Source: Anaeromyxobacter sp. (GTDB lineage: Bacteria > Myxococcota > Myxococcia > Myxococcales > Anaeromyxobacteraceae). Taken from it: DNA of 64,000 nucleotides. The notes beneath the pieces were generated by a model, which searched no databases, was not told where the DNA came from, and was given only the letters and a program-made list of their open reading frames with translations. The stretch covers positions 544,001-608,000 of the forward strand of contig JASGJN010000017.1 of the NCBI GenBank assembly GCA_049840735.1, given 5' to 3'. Position 1 is the first letter of the stretch. Every line of letters begins with the position of its first letter. The translations under genes were made by a program, and so were the position numbers. Shown here in pieces: positions 9,714 to 19,559 of the stretch.

Positions 9714-12164
9714 CTACGGGCGCAGGGTGGCCCGCAGGGCCCGGGCCTCGCCCAGGCCGGGCAGGTCCGGGTCGGCTTTCGCCCAGAGCGAAAGCAAGCG
9801 CGAGAGGGTGGCGCGGGCCTCATCCGGCCGCCCCAGGGCCGCCTCGGCCCGGGCTTGGACGAGCAGCGCCCGGGGCCAGGTCCACGCCCGGTGATAGCCG
9901 CGCGGCGGCAGCCGCTGGTAGCGCTTCACCGCCGCCAGCGCCGCCCGGTGATCCCCGGCGGAGGAGGCCACCACGGCCGTGAGCCAGGCGGGCGGGAGCC
10001 CCTCCACCGGCCAGACGTCCTTCGCCTCCGCCACCGCCAGCGTGGCCAGCGCCCGGTCCATGTCGCCGGCCCGCCACTCGCGCAGCGCCTGGTCCTCCAG
10101 CGCGGTGATGGTGCCGGGCGGGATGGCGGCGGCGACGCGGTCCGCGGCGGCGTCGTCCCCCAGCAGCCGCAGGGGCAGGGCCAGCATGACGCAGTAGACC
10201 GGATCCACCTCGGCGCACTGCTCGGCCGGACGGCGCACCTGGCGCGCGTCCCAGCTGGCCGCGCTGATCAGCGCCTCCTGGAGGTTCCAGTTCGGCGCCG
10301 CGCCGCGGGCGGCCGCGGCCTCGTCGAGCGCCCGCTGCGCCTCGCGCACCCGCCCCTGCGCCGCGATCGACGTCGCTAGCGGCGCCGACGCGGCCAGCTC
10401 CGGGTGCTGGGCCAGGTAGCGCCGCCAGGTGGCCTCCACCTCCGCGAAGCGGCCGGCGCTGCTGAAGGCGGTCGCAAGCGTCAGCAGCGATCGCTCCCCG
10501 TTGGCAGCCACGGCGTCCTGCGCCGCCTCGATCCCGCGCCCGGGCTCGCCGCACCAGGCCGTCGCATTGACCACCACCGGCGCCAGCTCGGCCGAGGTGC
10601 GCAGCGGCCAGAGCCGCTCCAGCTCAGCCCGGACCTGGTCGAGCCGCGCCCGGCGACCCAGCGACTCCACCAGCGTGTCGCGCAGGTCGGCGCTGTTCCG
10701 GCCCAGGGCCAGCTGCTTGCGCACGAGCGGCTCGACGCCCTCCCAGTCATCGCGCTGCACGGCCAGCGCCGCCGCACCGTCCAGGGCGTCCAGATCGGCC
10801 GGATCCTCATCCAGCAGCGCCTGGTACTGCCGCCTGGCCTCGTCCACGCGCCCGGCCAGCCTCGCGTCGAGCGCCCGGGCCAGCTCGGCGTCGCGCGGCG
10901 ACATCCGAGGTGCAGCCGCCAGCGCCGCCTCCAGGTGCGGCGCCCACTTCTCCCGCTCGTGCCCCGGGATGGCCAGGGCCATCGCCAGGCGCAGGTGCGC
11001 CTGCGGCAGCCCCGGATCGAGCGCCAGCGCGGCCCGGAACCCTTCCGCGCAGCGGGCGCCGCCACCACCCCCTGCGCTCAGGCGCAGCCAGCAGTCCATC
11101 GCCTCCCGGTAGCGCTCCTCCGCGCCCGGCACGGTCGAGAGCGGCTCGGGGCGCAGCCGCCACCAGGCCGCCCACCCGAGGGCCGCCAGCGCCGCCAGCA
11201 GCAGCAGCCCCGCGCCGGCGCGCACGCCGACGCGCCCATGCCAGCGACGCAGCCGCTCCAGCGTCTGCCGGACCTGGGCCGCGCTGCCGGGCCGCCGCGC
11301 CGGATCGCGCTCCACCAGGCGGCGCACCAGCCCGCGCAGCGCCGGCTGCGCCGCGCCCAGCGGCAGCTCCGGCGTGGGCCCGGGCTGCAGGACCTCGCGG
11401 TCCTCCCCTTCCGCGCGGTACGGGGGACGCCCGCAGAGCGCCTGGTGGAGGATGGCGCCGAGCGCGAACAGGTCGGTGCGGCCGTCCCCCGGCTCGCCGC
11501 GCCACTGCTCCGGCGCCATGTAGGGCCCGGTGCCGCCGCTGCTGGCGGCGGTGCGGCCGAGCAGGCTGGAGAGGCCGAAGTCGAGCACCTTGACGCGCCC
11601 GTCCTGGCCCAGGTGGACGTTCCCAGGCGTGAGATCGCGGTGGGTGACGCCGGCGGCGTGGGCGTGCTCCAGCGCCCGGGCCACGCCCGCGCCGACCCGC
11701 AGCACCTCATCGCGCGAGAGGGGCCCGCGCCGCAGCCGCTCGGCCAGGGTCTCGCCGCGCAGCAGCTCCAGCACCAGGTAGAGGCCGCCCGGCCCCTGCC
11801 CCACGTCGAAGAGCGTGACGATGCCCGGGTGGTTGAGGCGCGCCACCGCCACCGCCTCCCGCCGCAGCCACTCCGAGCCGTGCGCCGCCACGCGCGCGCC
11901 GGGCCGGATCAGCTTGATGGCCACGGCCCGCCCCAGCTCCAGGTCGCGCGCCTCCCAGACAACGCCGAACCCGCCCCGCCCCAGCTCGCGCACCAGCTCG
12001 AACCGCCCCAGGCGCGCGCCGGGCGCCATGCCCGACCACTGCTCCGGGACCGCCCGCGCCTCGGTGCGCACCATCTCCGCCAACAGGTCGGTGAGCTGCC
12101 GGGAGAAGCGCTCCGCGTCCGGCTGGTCCCGGGGCGCGACGCTGGGCGTGCCCTCCCGCTTCAC
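9714..12164 (-). CDS. Membrane Ser/Thr protein kinase with TPR-like region (paralog 2)
   Basis: Same kinase motifs; GTG start overlaps TGA of paralog 1. Confidence 0.9.
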   Translation of the reverse strand: MKREGTPSVAPRDQPDAERFSRQLTDLLAEMVRTEARAVPEQWSGMAPGARLGRFELVRELGRGGFGVVWEARDLELGRAVAIKLIRPGARVAAHGSEWLRREAVAVARLNHPGIVTLFDVGQGPGGLYLVLELLRGETLAERLRRGPLSRDEVLRVGAGVARALEHAHAAGVTHRDLTPGNVHLGQDGRVKVLDFGLSSLLGRTAASSGGTGPYMAPEQWRGEPGDGRTDLFALGAILHQALCGRPPYRAEGEDREVLQPGPTPELPLGAAQPALRGLVRRLVERDPARRPGSAAQVRQTLERLRRWHGRVGVRAGAGLLLLAALAALGWAAWWRLRPEPLSTVPGAEERYREAMDCWLRLSAGGGGGARCAEGFRAALALDPGLPQAHLRLAMALAIPGHEREKWAPHLEAALAAAPRMSPRDAELARALDARLAGRVDEARRQYQALLDEDPADLDALDGAAALAVQRDDWEGVEPLVRKQLALGRNSADLRDTLVESLGRRARLDQVRAELERLWPLRTSAELAPVVVNATAWCGEPGRGIEAAQDAVAANGERSLLTLATAFSSAGRFAEVEATWRRYLAQHPELAASAPLATSIAAQGRVREAQRALDEAAAARGAAPNWNLQEALISAASWDARQVRRPAEQCAEVDPVYCVMLALPLRLLGDDAAADRVAAAIPPGTITALEDQALREWRAGDMDRALATLAVAEAKDVWPVEGLPPAWLTAVVASSAGDHRAALAAVKRYQRLPPRGYHRAWTWPRALLVQARAEAALGRPDEARATLSRLLSLWAKADPDLPGLGEARALRATLRP

Positions 12165-14623
12165 CGCGCGCCTCCCCGCTCCAGCGCCGCCTCGAGCGCG
12201 TCCAGCTCGCGAAGCAGCGGCAGCCCGGGATCCGCGCGGGCCCAGAGCGCCCGCAGCTGCGCCGCGGTCCCGCGCGCCGCCTGGGGCTGGCCCGTGGCCG
12301 CCTCGGCGCGGGCCCGCAGCAGCAGGGCCCGCGGGTAGGCCCAGCAGCGCCACATCCCGCGGGACGGGAGCTCCAGGAAGCGCCGCGCGGCGGCCAGGGC
12401 GGTGCGGTGTTCGCCCGCCGCGGAGGCCACCTCGGCCAGGAGGTAGGCCGGGGAGACGCCGTGGACCGGCCGCGAGTCGCGCTCCTCCGCCGCGGCCAGC
12501 ATCGCCAGCGCCAGATTGACGTCTCCTTCGCGCCAGGCCAGCAGGGCCTGGAGCTCCTGCTCGACGACCGAGCCCGGCGGGGCGGCGGCCCCCAGGTGAC
12601 GCGCGCCCTCCACGTCGCCCAGGAGCCCGAGCGGCAGCGCCAGATCGACGCCCCACAGCGGGTCCACGGCCGCGGTCTGCTCGGCGGACCGACGGACCCG
12701 CCGCGGGTCCCAGCTCACCACCGTCAGCATCGCGTCGCGGCTGTGGCGATCGGCGGGCTCGCGGACCGCGTCCGCCACCACCTGGGAGGTGGCCAGCGCG
12801 TCGGCGAGCCGCCCCTGGGTGGCCTGCGCGATGGCGACCAGCGTCCCCTTCCATGGGTCCTCTGGATGCGCGGCCGCGTCGCGCCGGGCGACGTCCTCCA
12901 TCTCGGCGTACAGCCCGGCGGTGCCCAGCGCCATCCGCAGCGCGGTCAGCCCCGCGTCGCCGTGGCTGACCACCGCCTGGCGCCCCACCGCCACCGCCTG
13001 CAGCGGATCGTACCAGACCAGCGCCCGGACCTGCCCCACGGCGCGCCCCACCGTGTCCGGCGTGGCCCCCAGCTCCGCCACCAGCGCCCGGAGCTCCTCG
13101 TGCCTCCCCAGCCGGCCCAGCGCCTCGGTCAGCGCCTGCAGGGCGTCGTCGTCGCTGGGCCTCAGCTGCAGCCGCTTGCGGGACAGCCGGGCCACCCCGA
13201 CCCAGTCGCCGCGCCGCTGCGCCACCTCGTCGGCCGACGCCACCGCCTCGGCGTCGTCCGGCGCCAGGGCCAGGGCCTCGCCGTAGAGCTGCGCCGCCTC
13301 GTCCCAGCGCTCGTGGAGCATGGCCGCGCGGGCCTTGAGCAGCCGCGCCTCCAGGGGTGGCAGCCGGTCGGCGGTCGCCAGCGCGGTCGCGAGGAGCGGG
13401 CCCCACAGGTCCTCGGACGCACCCTCGAGCGAGCCGATCACCAGCCGCTGGTAGGCGGCCAGCCCGAAGCCAGGGTCGTGCGCCAGCGCCCGCTCGAAGG
13501 CCGGGATGCAGGCCTCCGAGGCGCCAGCGATCCCGGGCGCGCGGCGCAGGCAGTCCATCCCCTCCTCGTACGCGCGGGCGGCCTCCGGGATGACCGTGGG
13601 GGGCGGCGGCCGCGCGGTCCACCAGCGGAGGCCGGCGCCGCCGGCCAGCGCACAGGCAGCGAGGGCGGAGGCGAAGAGCCAGCGCCGGAGCCGGCGGCCG
13701 CGGGCCCCGAGCCGCGCCAGCGCCTCCACCACGTCGGCCGCGCTGGCCGGGCGCCGGTCCGGCTCGCGCTCGAGCAGCCGCCGCACCAGCGAGCGCAGCG
13801 CGCCCGGCGCCGCGGCGCGCGGCAGCGCCGGGGTGCGGCCCTGCTCCAGCACCTCGCGGCGTCCGGAGCGGGCCTCGTAAGGCGTCCGGCCGCCCAGCGC
13901 CTCGAAGAGGATGACGCCCAGCGCGAACAGGTCGGTCCGCGCGTCGCCCGCCTCGGCCCGCCACTGCTCCGGGGCCATGTACGCAGCGGTGCCGCCGTCG
14001 CTCGCCCCCTCGCGGCCGAACAGGTGCGAGAGGCCGAAGTCGAGCACCTTGACCTGCCCGTCCTCGCCCAGGTGCACGTTGCCCGGGGTGAGGTCGCGGT
14101 GGAGGACGCCGGCGGCGTGCGCGTGCCGCAGCGCCGCCGCCACGGCCGCGCCGAGCCGCGCCGCCTCCGCCGCCTGCAGCGGCCCCCGCTTCAGCCGCTC
14201 CGCCAGCGTCTCGCCGCGCAGCAGCTCGAACACCAGGTGGACCCCGCCCGGCCCCTGCCCCACGTCGTGCAGCGTGACGATGCCCGGGTGGTTGAGCCGC
14301 GCCACCGCCTCCGCCTCGCGCCGCAGCGAGTCCGGGCCGTGCGCGCCGAGCCGGGCGCCGGGGCGGACCACCTTGAGCGCCACGGCGCGCCCCAGCTCCG
14401 CGTCGCGGGCCTCCCAGACCACGCCGAAGCCGCCCCGCCCCAGCTCGCGGACCAGCTCGAAGCGGCCCACGCGCGCGCCGGGCTCGAGCCCCGACCACGC
14501 CTCCGGGACGGCCCGCTCCTCGGTGCGGACCAGCTCGGCCAGCAGGTCGGTGAGCTGGCGCGAGCGCGGGTCCAGCGCGACGCCGTCCGGACCAGGCTCG
14601 CCGTTCTGGACCTGCGTCAGCAC
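12161..14623 (-). CDS. Membrane Ser/Thr protein kinase with TPR-like region (paralog 1)
   Basis: LGRGGFG, HRDLTPGN, DFG, YMAPEQW, TM helix, TPR-like region. Confidence 0.9.
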   Translation of the reverse strand: MLTQVQNGEPGPDGVALDPRSRQLTDLLAELVRTEERAVPEAWSGLEPGARVGRFELVRELGRGGFGVVWEARDAELGRAVALKVVRPGARLGAHGPDSLRREAEAVARLNHPGIVTLHDVGQGPGGVHLVFELLRGETLAERLKRGPLQAAEAARLGAAVAAALRHAHAAGVLHRDLTPGNVHLGEDGQVKVLDFGLSHLFGREGASDGGTAAYMAPEQWRAEAGDARTDLFALGVILFEALGGRTPYEARSGRREVLEQGRTPALPRAAAPGALRSLVRRLLEREPDRRPASAADVVEALARLGARGRRLRRWLFASALAACALAGGAGLRWWTARPPPPTVIPEAARAYEEGMDCLRRAPGIAGASEACIPAFERALAHDPGFGLAAYQRLVIGSLEGASEDLWGPLLATALATADRLPPLEARLLKARAAMLHERWDEAAQLYGEALALAPDDAEAVASADEVAQRRGDWVGVARLSRKRLQLRPSDDDALQALTEALGRLGRHEELRALVAELGATPDTVGRAVGQVRALVWYDPLQAVAVGRQAVVSHGDAGLTALRMALGTAGLYAEMEDVARRDAAAHPEDPWKGTLVAIAQATQGRLADALATSQVVADAVREPADRHSRDAMLTVVSWDPRRVRRSAEQTAAVDPLWGVDLALPLGLLGDVEGARHLGAAAPPGSVVEQELQALLAWREGDVNLALAMLAAAEERDSRPVHGVSPAYLLAEVASAAGEHRTALAAARRFLELPSRGMWRCWAYPRALLLRARAEAATGQPQAARGTAAQLRALWARADPGLPLLRELDALEAALERGGAR

Positions 14624-14780
14624 TGCCTTGCTCCGGTGCTCCCGCCCGGGGACGTGTCTACCAGATTGACGGACAGCCGGTCAGCCGTGGGGAGGCCGGG
14701 GCGGTTCGCCGCTCTCCCGACTTGTTCGGGGATGACCTGGCAAACGGACGTTTCAACGCCGGGTGGTGTGGTTCCCCCGC

Positions 14781-16223
14781 CTACTCCGGCGCGCCGGCCT
14801 TCTCCTCGTCGTCCAGCCCGCCGCGGCGCGCGTCGCGCCCGCCGGCGGCGTACTCCTTCAGCCGGTACTGGATCTTGCGCACGCTGATCCCGAGGATCTC
14901 GGCCGCGCGCGAGGTGGAGCCGCCCACCATCTCGAGCGTGCGCAGGATGGCCTCGCGCTCGATCTCGTAGAGCGTGGCGCCCGGGATGAGCGCGCCCGGG
15001 GCCCGCTCGCGGGGCCGCGGCCCGCGCAGCGTGGGCGGCAGGTCGTCGGCGGTCAGCTCGGCCGCCTTGGCCAGCACCACCGCCCGCTCGATCACGTTCT
15101 CCAGCTCGCGGACGTTGCCCGGCCAGTCGTGGGAGAGGAGCGCGTTGAGCGTGCCGGGGGCCAGCCCGCGGATCTCCTTGCCGTAGGAGCGGGCGTACTT
15201 GTCGATGAAGTGCGAGACCAGCGCCGGGATGTCCCCCTTGCGCTGCCGCAGCGGCGGCAGCGTGACCGCCACCACGTTGAGCCGGTAGTAGAGGTCCTCG
15301 CGGAACTTGCCGCTCTTCACCTCGGCGGAGAGGTCGCGGTTGGTGGCCGCCACCAGGCGCACGTCCACCTTGATGGTCTGGGTGCCCCCCACCCGCTCGA
15401 ACTCCTTCTGCTGCAGCACGCGCAGCAGCTTGATTTGCAGCGCCGGGGAGATGTCGCCGATCTCGTCCAGGAAGAGCGTGCCGCCGTCCGCCAGCTCGAA
15501 GCGCCCCTCCTTGCGCCCGATGGCGCCGGTGAAGGAGCCCTTCTCGTGACCGAACAGCTCGGACTCGAGCAGCGTCTCGGAGAGCGCGGCGCAGTTCACC
15601 TTGATGAACGGCTTGCCGGAGCGGGGCGACTCCTCGTGCAGCGCCTGGGCGATCAGCTCCTTGCCGGTGCCGGACTCGCCCAGGATGAGGACGGTGGCGC
15701 GGGTGGGCGCCGCCCGCTTGACCACCTCGTAGACCGCCTGCAGCTCGGGCGCGTCGCCGACGATGTTGTGGAACCGGTACCGCTCGCGCACCCGCTCGCG
15801 CAGGTTGGCCGTGTCGCGCTGGAGCCGGAGCTTCTCGAGCGCCTTCTCGAGGATCACCAGCACCGCGTTCACGTCGAGCGGCTTGACCAGGTAGTTCTCG
15901 GCGCCGGCCCGCATGGCCTCGACGGCGGCCTCCACGCTGGCGAAGGCGGTCATCATCACGAAGACCGCGTCCGAGCCGGCCTCGCGCGCCCGCTTGAGCA
16001 GCGTGATGCCGTCCAGGCGCGGCATGCGCACGTCGGCCAGCACCACGGCCGGCGCGAACCCGGGGATGAGGGCCAGCGCCTCCTCGCCGTCCGCGGCCTC
16101 GGCCAGCTCGTACCCCTCCTCCGAGAGGATGGTCCGCAGCGCGACGCGAGCGTTCTGCTCGTCGTCCACCACGAGGATCCGCTCCTTGCTCCCTGGGCGG
16201 AGGGTTGAGGTCGGGCTGTTCAT
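14781..16223 (-). CDS. Sigma-54-dependent response regulator (NtrC/AtoC family)
   Basis: Receiver domain, [14 protein letters not shown] (GAFTGA-like), [15 protein letters not shown], Fis-type HTH. Confidence 0.95.
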   Translation of the reverse strand: MNSPTSTLRPGSKERILVVDDEQNARVALRTILSEEGYELAEAADGEEALALIPGFAPAVVLADVRMPRLDGITLLKRAREAGSDAVFVMMTAFASVEAAVEAMRAGAENYLVKPLDVNAVLVILEKALEKLRLQRDTANLRERVRERYRFHNIVGDAPELQAVYEVVKRAAPTRATVLILGESGTGKELIAQALHEESPRSGKPFIKVNCAALSETLLESELFGHEKGSFTGAIGRKEGRFELADGGTLFLDEIGDISPALQIKLLRVLQQKEFERVGGTQTIKVDVRLVAATNRDLSAEVKSGKFREDLYYRLNVVAVTLPPLRQRKGDIPALVSHFIDKYARSYGKEIRGLAPGTLNALLSHDWPGNVRELENVIERAVVLAKAAELTADDLPPTLRGPRPRERAPGALIPGATLYEIEREAILRTLEMVGGSTSRAAEILGISVRKIQYRLKEYAAGGRDARRGGLDDEEKAGAPE

Positions 16224-16387
16224 GCGACTCCTGGTGACGCAAACGCTGCGGGACCCGCAGTTTATGCATGATCTCGGTCCAGAAATCCAGCCCTTCTGGC
16301 ACCGCAAACCCGCGCGCCCACGCGGGAATGTCAAAGCGGTCGCGGGGGCTGCGGCCGCGCGCGCGCAACCGGCCTAGCCGACGAGGA

Positions 16388-17080
16388 TCATCCCGCCGCG
16401 GGGGTGTCGTCGGACGGGCCGCCCGGCACCGGCTGGGAGGCCTCCAGGCGGCCCACACGGTCGTACGGGCGCCACCTGAAGCGGGCCCCCAGCCCCTCGG
16501 CCACCGCACGGCAGGCGGCCTCCGAGAGGCCCGGGAGCGCCACGGCGCTGGCGGCCACGTCCGGCAGGTGGGCCACGGCGCTGCGGATGAAGGCCTGCAC
16601 CGCCGGATAGGCCGCCTCGCCGTGGCGGCTGGGGCAGACCTCCGCGTAGGTGCGGGCGTCGGCCGCGTTGAGCGAGACGGAGGCCGCGTCCAGCCCTGCC
16701 GCCGCCAGCTCCGGCACCACGTCGCGCCCCTCGCGCAGGCTGGCCAGGCCGTCGGTGTCCAGCCGGACGCGGGCCACGCCCGCCGCCTTGAGCCGGCGGA
16801 CGAGCTCCAGGACCACGTCCAGGCGGCGCGTCGGCTCGCCGAACCCGGTGAAGACCACCTCGCTCCGCCCCGCCAGCCCGGCCGCCTGCGCCGCGGCCCA
16901 GACCTCTTCCGCGGCGGGGTTGCGGGCGAGCCTCAGGTCGTAGCCACCCACGGTGAAGTCGCCGTCGCGGATCTTGGGGCAGAAGACGCACGCCAGCGTG
17001 CAGGCGCTGGTGACGTTGAGGTAGAGGGCGTCGCCCAGCGGGTAGGCGAGCACGGGGTGGTGGGCGGTGGCGGTCTCCAC
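16388..17080 (-). CDS. TatD-nuclease-associated radical SAM protein
   Basis: LYLNVT..CTLACVFC, VVFTGFGEPT, RLDTDG, SVSLNA. Confidence 0.8.
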   Translation of the reverse strand: METATAHHPVLAYPLGDALYLNVTSACTLACVFCPKIRDGDFTVGGYDLRLARNPAAEEVWAAAQAAGLAGRSEVVFTGFGEPTRRLDVVLELVRRLKAAGVARVRLDTDGLASLREGRDVVPELAAAGLDAASVSLNAADARTYAEVCPSRHGEAAYPAVQAFIRSAVAHLPDVAASAVALPGLSEAACRAVAEGLGARFRWRPYDRVGRLEASQPVPGGPSDDTPAAG

Positions 17081-17157
17081 GGACCGGTTCTGTAGCAGGC
17101 GGGGGCCGGAGCGCCACGGCGGGGCAGGCGAGCGGAGGCGGCCCGCTTTACCCGGTC

Positions 17158-17451
17158 CTACTGCTCCGGCCGGTGGCCGCTGCAGGAGAGGCAGTAGCGG
17201 GCCTCGGGGATGGCCCGCAGCCGCTGCAGGCCCATGGGGCCACCGCAGCTCTGGCACATCCCGTAGCGCCCCTCCTGGATCCGGGCCAGCGCCGCGTCGA
17301 TGTCGGCCAGCTCGCGCGCCACGCTGTCCGAACGCGCGGAGTCCTCCGCCTCCCAGGCCTCCAGGCCGGGGTCGGGGCGCCTCGTGCTCTGGCTCAGCGT
17401 ACGGCGGCGGCGGAGCAGCACCTCGCGCGCCTCCGCCTCGATCCGGCTCAT
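17158..17451 (-). CDS. TraR/DksA-type C4 zinc-finger protein
   Basis: IDAALARIQEGRYGMCQSCG..RLRAIPEARYCLSC. Confidence 0.88.
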   Translation of the reverse strand: MSRIEAEAREVLLRRRRTLSQSTRRPDPGLEAWEAEDSARSDSVARELADIDAALARIQEGRYGMCQSCGGPMGLQRLRAIPEARYCLSCSGHRPEQ

Positions 17452-17626
17452 GCGCGGGCGGCCGTTTCACGGGGCGTGCCCGCATCCAACCCCGCGTGAA
17501 CACGCCGTAAACTGCCACACCGCCCGCCAGAGTTGCGTGGGCCGGATCAAGCGGCGCACGCCTTGCGCCGCGGAGGGCAGCCCAGGTGGCGCCAAGCTGC
17601 CCGCCCGGCGCGCGCGCCCGCCGGCG

Positions 17627-18031
17627 TCAGTGCGGGTGGTGCCGGTGCCCCGCCCCGTGCCGCCACCCCTCGGCCGCCAGGCCGAGCCGGTCGAGCACCT
17701 CGGCGGTGATCACGCCGAGCACCCGCCCCTCCTCCACGACCGGGAGGCAGCCCACCCCGCAGTCACCCAGCGTGAGCGCCGCCTCGGCCACCTCGGCCCA
17801 GGGCCCGACCGTGAGCACCGGCACGCTCATCCGGTCGGAGACCGGCTCCGCCAGGTCGTCGCCGGGCGCGAGATCGCAGGAGCAGAGCACGCCCACCAGC
17901 CCATCCTCGTCGACCACCAGCAGGTGCTCCACCCCCGCGGCCCGCACCAGCGCCAGCGCCTTGATGACCGGCAGGTCGGGCGCCACGCTGACCGGCGCCC
18001 GGTCCATGATGTCGCCGACCTTGATCGCCAC
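17627..18031 (-). CDS. CBS-domain protein
   Basis: KVGDIM..HLLVVD..LVGVL and GCLPVVE..VLGVIT; start uncertain (18031 or 18085). Confidence 0.8.
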   Translation of the reverse strand: MAIKVGDIMDRAPVSVAPDLPVIKALALVRAAGVEHLLVVDEDGLVGVLCSCDLAPGDDLAEPVSDRMSVPVLTVGPWAEVAEAALTLGDCGVGCLPVVEEGRVLGVITAEVLDRLGLAAEGWRHGAGHRHHPH

Positions 18032-18221
18032 CGCTGCCTCCGGCTGCCCGGTCCGCCGGGCCTGGAGCCCGAGGCGTGAGGACATGGAAGGAGCGTGCCC
18101 GGTTCAGCGGAGCCCGGAAAGCCGGCAACCCAAGCCAGGCGGGCTCGCGACTTCGGCGCAATACCGCTGCAGAAGGGTGCAACGCTGGCGGGGACCCACC
18201 TGTCGATCGACGCGCGCCCGC

Positions 18222-19559
18222 CTACCCCGGCATCGCGCGGCGGATGCGCAGCCCGCTGGCCACGTCGGCGTACTGGTTGCCGAGCTGGCGCGTGCGCGGA
18301 TCGAGCAGCCGCAGCAGCGGCGCCTCCCAGAGCTCGGGCGAGCGGGCCGGCACCGCCACGCGGCCGAAGCGACCGTCCTCCAGCTCCACCAGCGTGCCCG
18401 GCGGATGGCGCCCCAGCGTGTTGACCAGCACCTGCGCCAGGACCGGGTGATACGCCGTCCCCCCGCCGCGCAGCATGGCGCCCAGCGCGTCGGACCGCAG
18501 CACGCGAGCCCCGTAGAGGCGGACCACGTTGACGTAGTCCTCGGCCAGCCGGAGCAGCGCGCCGCCGGGCGAAGGCGCGGCGCGCGGCGTGGCGGCGTCG
18601 CGGTGGTGTTCCAGCACGGCGCGCAGGCGGCGCACCTTGGCCTCGTGGAAGCCGCGCTGGCGCAGCACCACCCGCGCGCCCTCCAGCGGGTGACGGAGAA
18701 GCCCGGCCTGGCCGCCGCCGGTGCGGGCGCCGAAGTAGCCGGCGTCGTGGATCAGCGCGGCGATGCCCAGGTCCTGCAGGAAGCTGGGGCTGAAGCCGGC
18801 CACGCGGCCGGTGGCGAGCGCCACGGTGGCCACCTCCAGCGCGTGCACGGCGTGCGGCGGCGCGTCGGACGGGAAGCCGCCCCAGAAGGCGGGCGCCCCC
18901 AGGCCGATGTCGAGCGCCTCCAGCACGGCACGGCGGAGCGGCAGGGGGTTGAGCAGCCGGCCGGCCTCGAGGTTGGCGCTGGTCTCGGTGACCAGCATCA
19001 GCATGCGCCGCACCACCTCCTCCGGCGGGCGGCGGTCCTCGCCCTCGTCGGTGCGGAAGCGGAAGATGCCGGCCGGCTCCACCGTCGTGACGCCCTCCTC
19101 GCGCAGCCGCTGCGAGAGCGCCTGCCGGGCGCCGTGCTCGGCCGGGGGCGCGGAGAGGGCACGGGTGAGCGCCCGGGTGGCGGCGTCGTCGAGCGCCGCG
19201 TGGAAGGAGAGCCCGCCGGTGTTGTGGCGGCGCAGGTCGCCGCCCAGGTCGCGCGAGCCCTTGCCGTCGTTCCGGATGCGGACGTCGTTGACGTAGATTT
19301 GGTCCTCGACCGTCACCACGTGGACGGTGCCGAGCAGCTCCACCAGCTCGGCCAGCGCCTTGCCGAACTCGATCACCGGCGCGTCGAAGGCCTTGTTCTC
19401 GGGGGCGTGGACGCGGGTCAGCTTCAGCAGGCCGGTGAGCAGGTGGACCACCTGCTCGCCGCGGTCGCGCACCCGCTGCGCCAGGTCCTTGTCCTCGCCG
19501 GCGCGGGCGCGCCCCAGCGCCCGGGCCATCTCCGCCTGCGCGCGGACCAGCTCATCCAT
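18222..19559 (-). CDS. HD-GYP-like domain protein (degenerate)
   Basis: H..EVA, AALIHDAG, RHPLEGA, LEHH, C-terminal LGRHPPGTLVELEDG; no GYP loop. Confidence 0.7.
   Translation of the reverse strand: MDELVRAQAEMARALGRARAGEDKDLAQRVRDRGEQVVHLLTGLLKLTRVHAPENKAFDAPVIEFGKALAELVELLGTVHVVTVEDQIYVNDVRIRNDGKGSRDLGGDLRRHNTGGLSFHAALDDAATRALTRALSAPPAEHGARQALSQRLREEGVTTVEPAGIFRFRTDEGEDRRPPEEVVRRMLMLVTETSANLEAGRLLNPLPLRRAVLEALDIGLGAPAFWGGFPSDAPPHAVHALEVATVALATGRVAGFSPSFLQDLGIAALIHDAGYFGARTGGGQAGLLRHPLEGARVVLRQRGFHEAKVRRLRAVLEHHRDAATPRAAPSPGGALLRLAEDYVNVVRLYGARVLRSDALGAMLRGGGTAYHPVLAQVLVNTLGRHPPGTLVELEDGRFGRVAVPARSPELWEAPLLRLLDPRTRQLGNQYADVASGLRIRRAMPG

Noticed and set aside
9714..14498. 1594-aa giant ORF
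   Set aside because: The N-terminal half is a shadow frame of kinase paralog 1; the real start is GTG 12164
17552..17567. Sigma-54-like GG-N10-GC site
   Set aside because: Weak match, and on the opposite strand to the neighbouring genes
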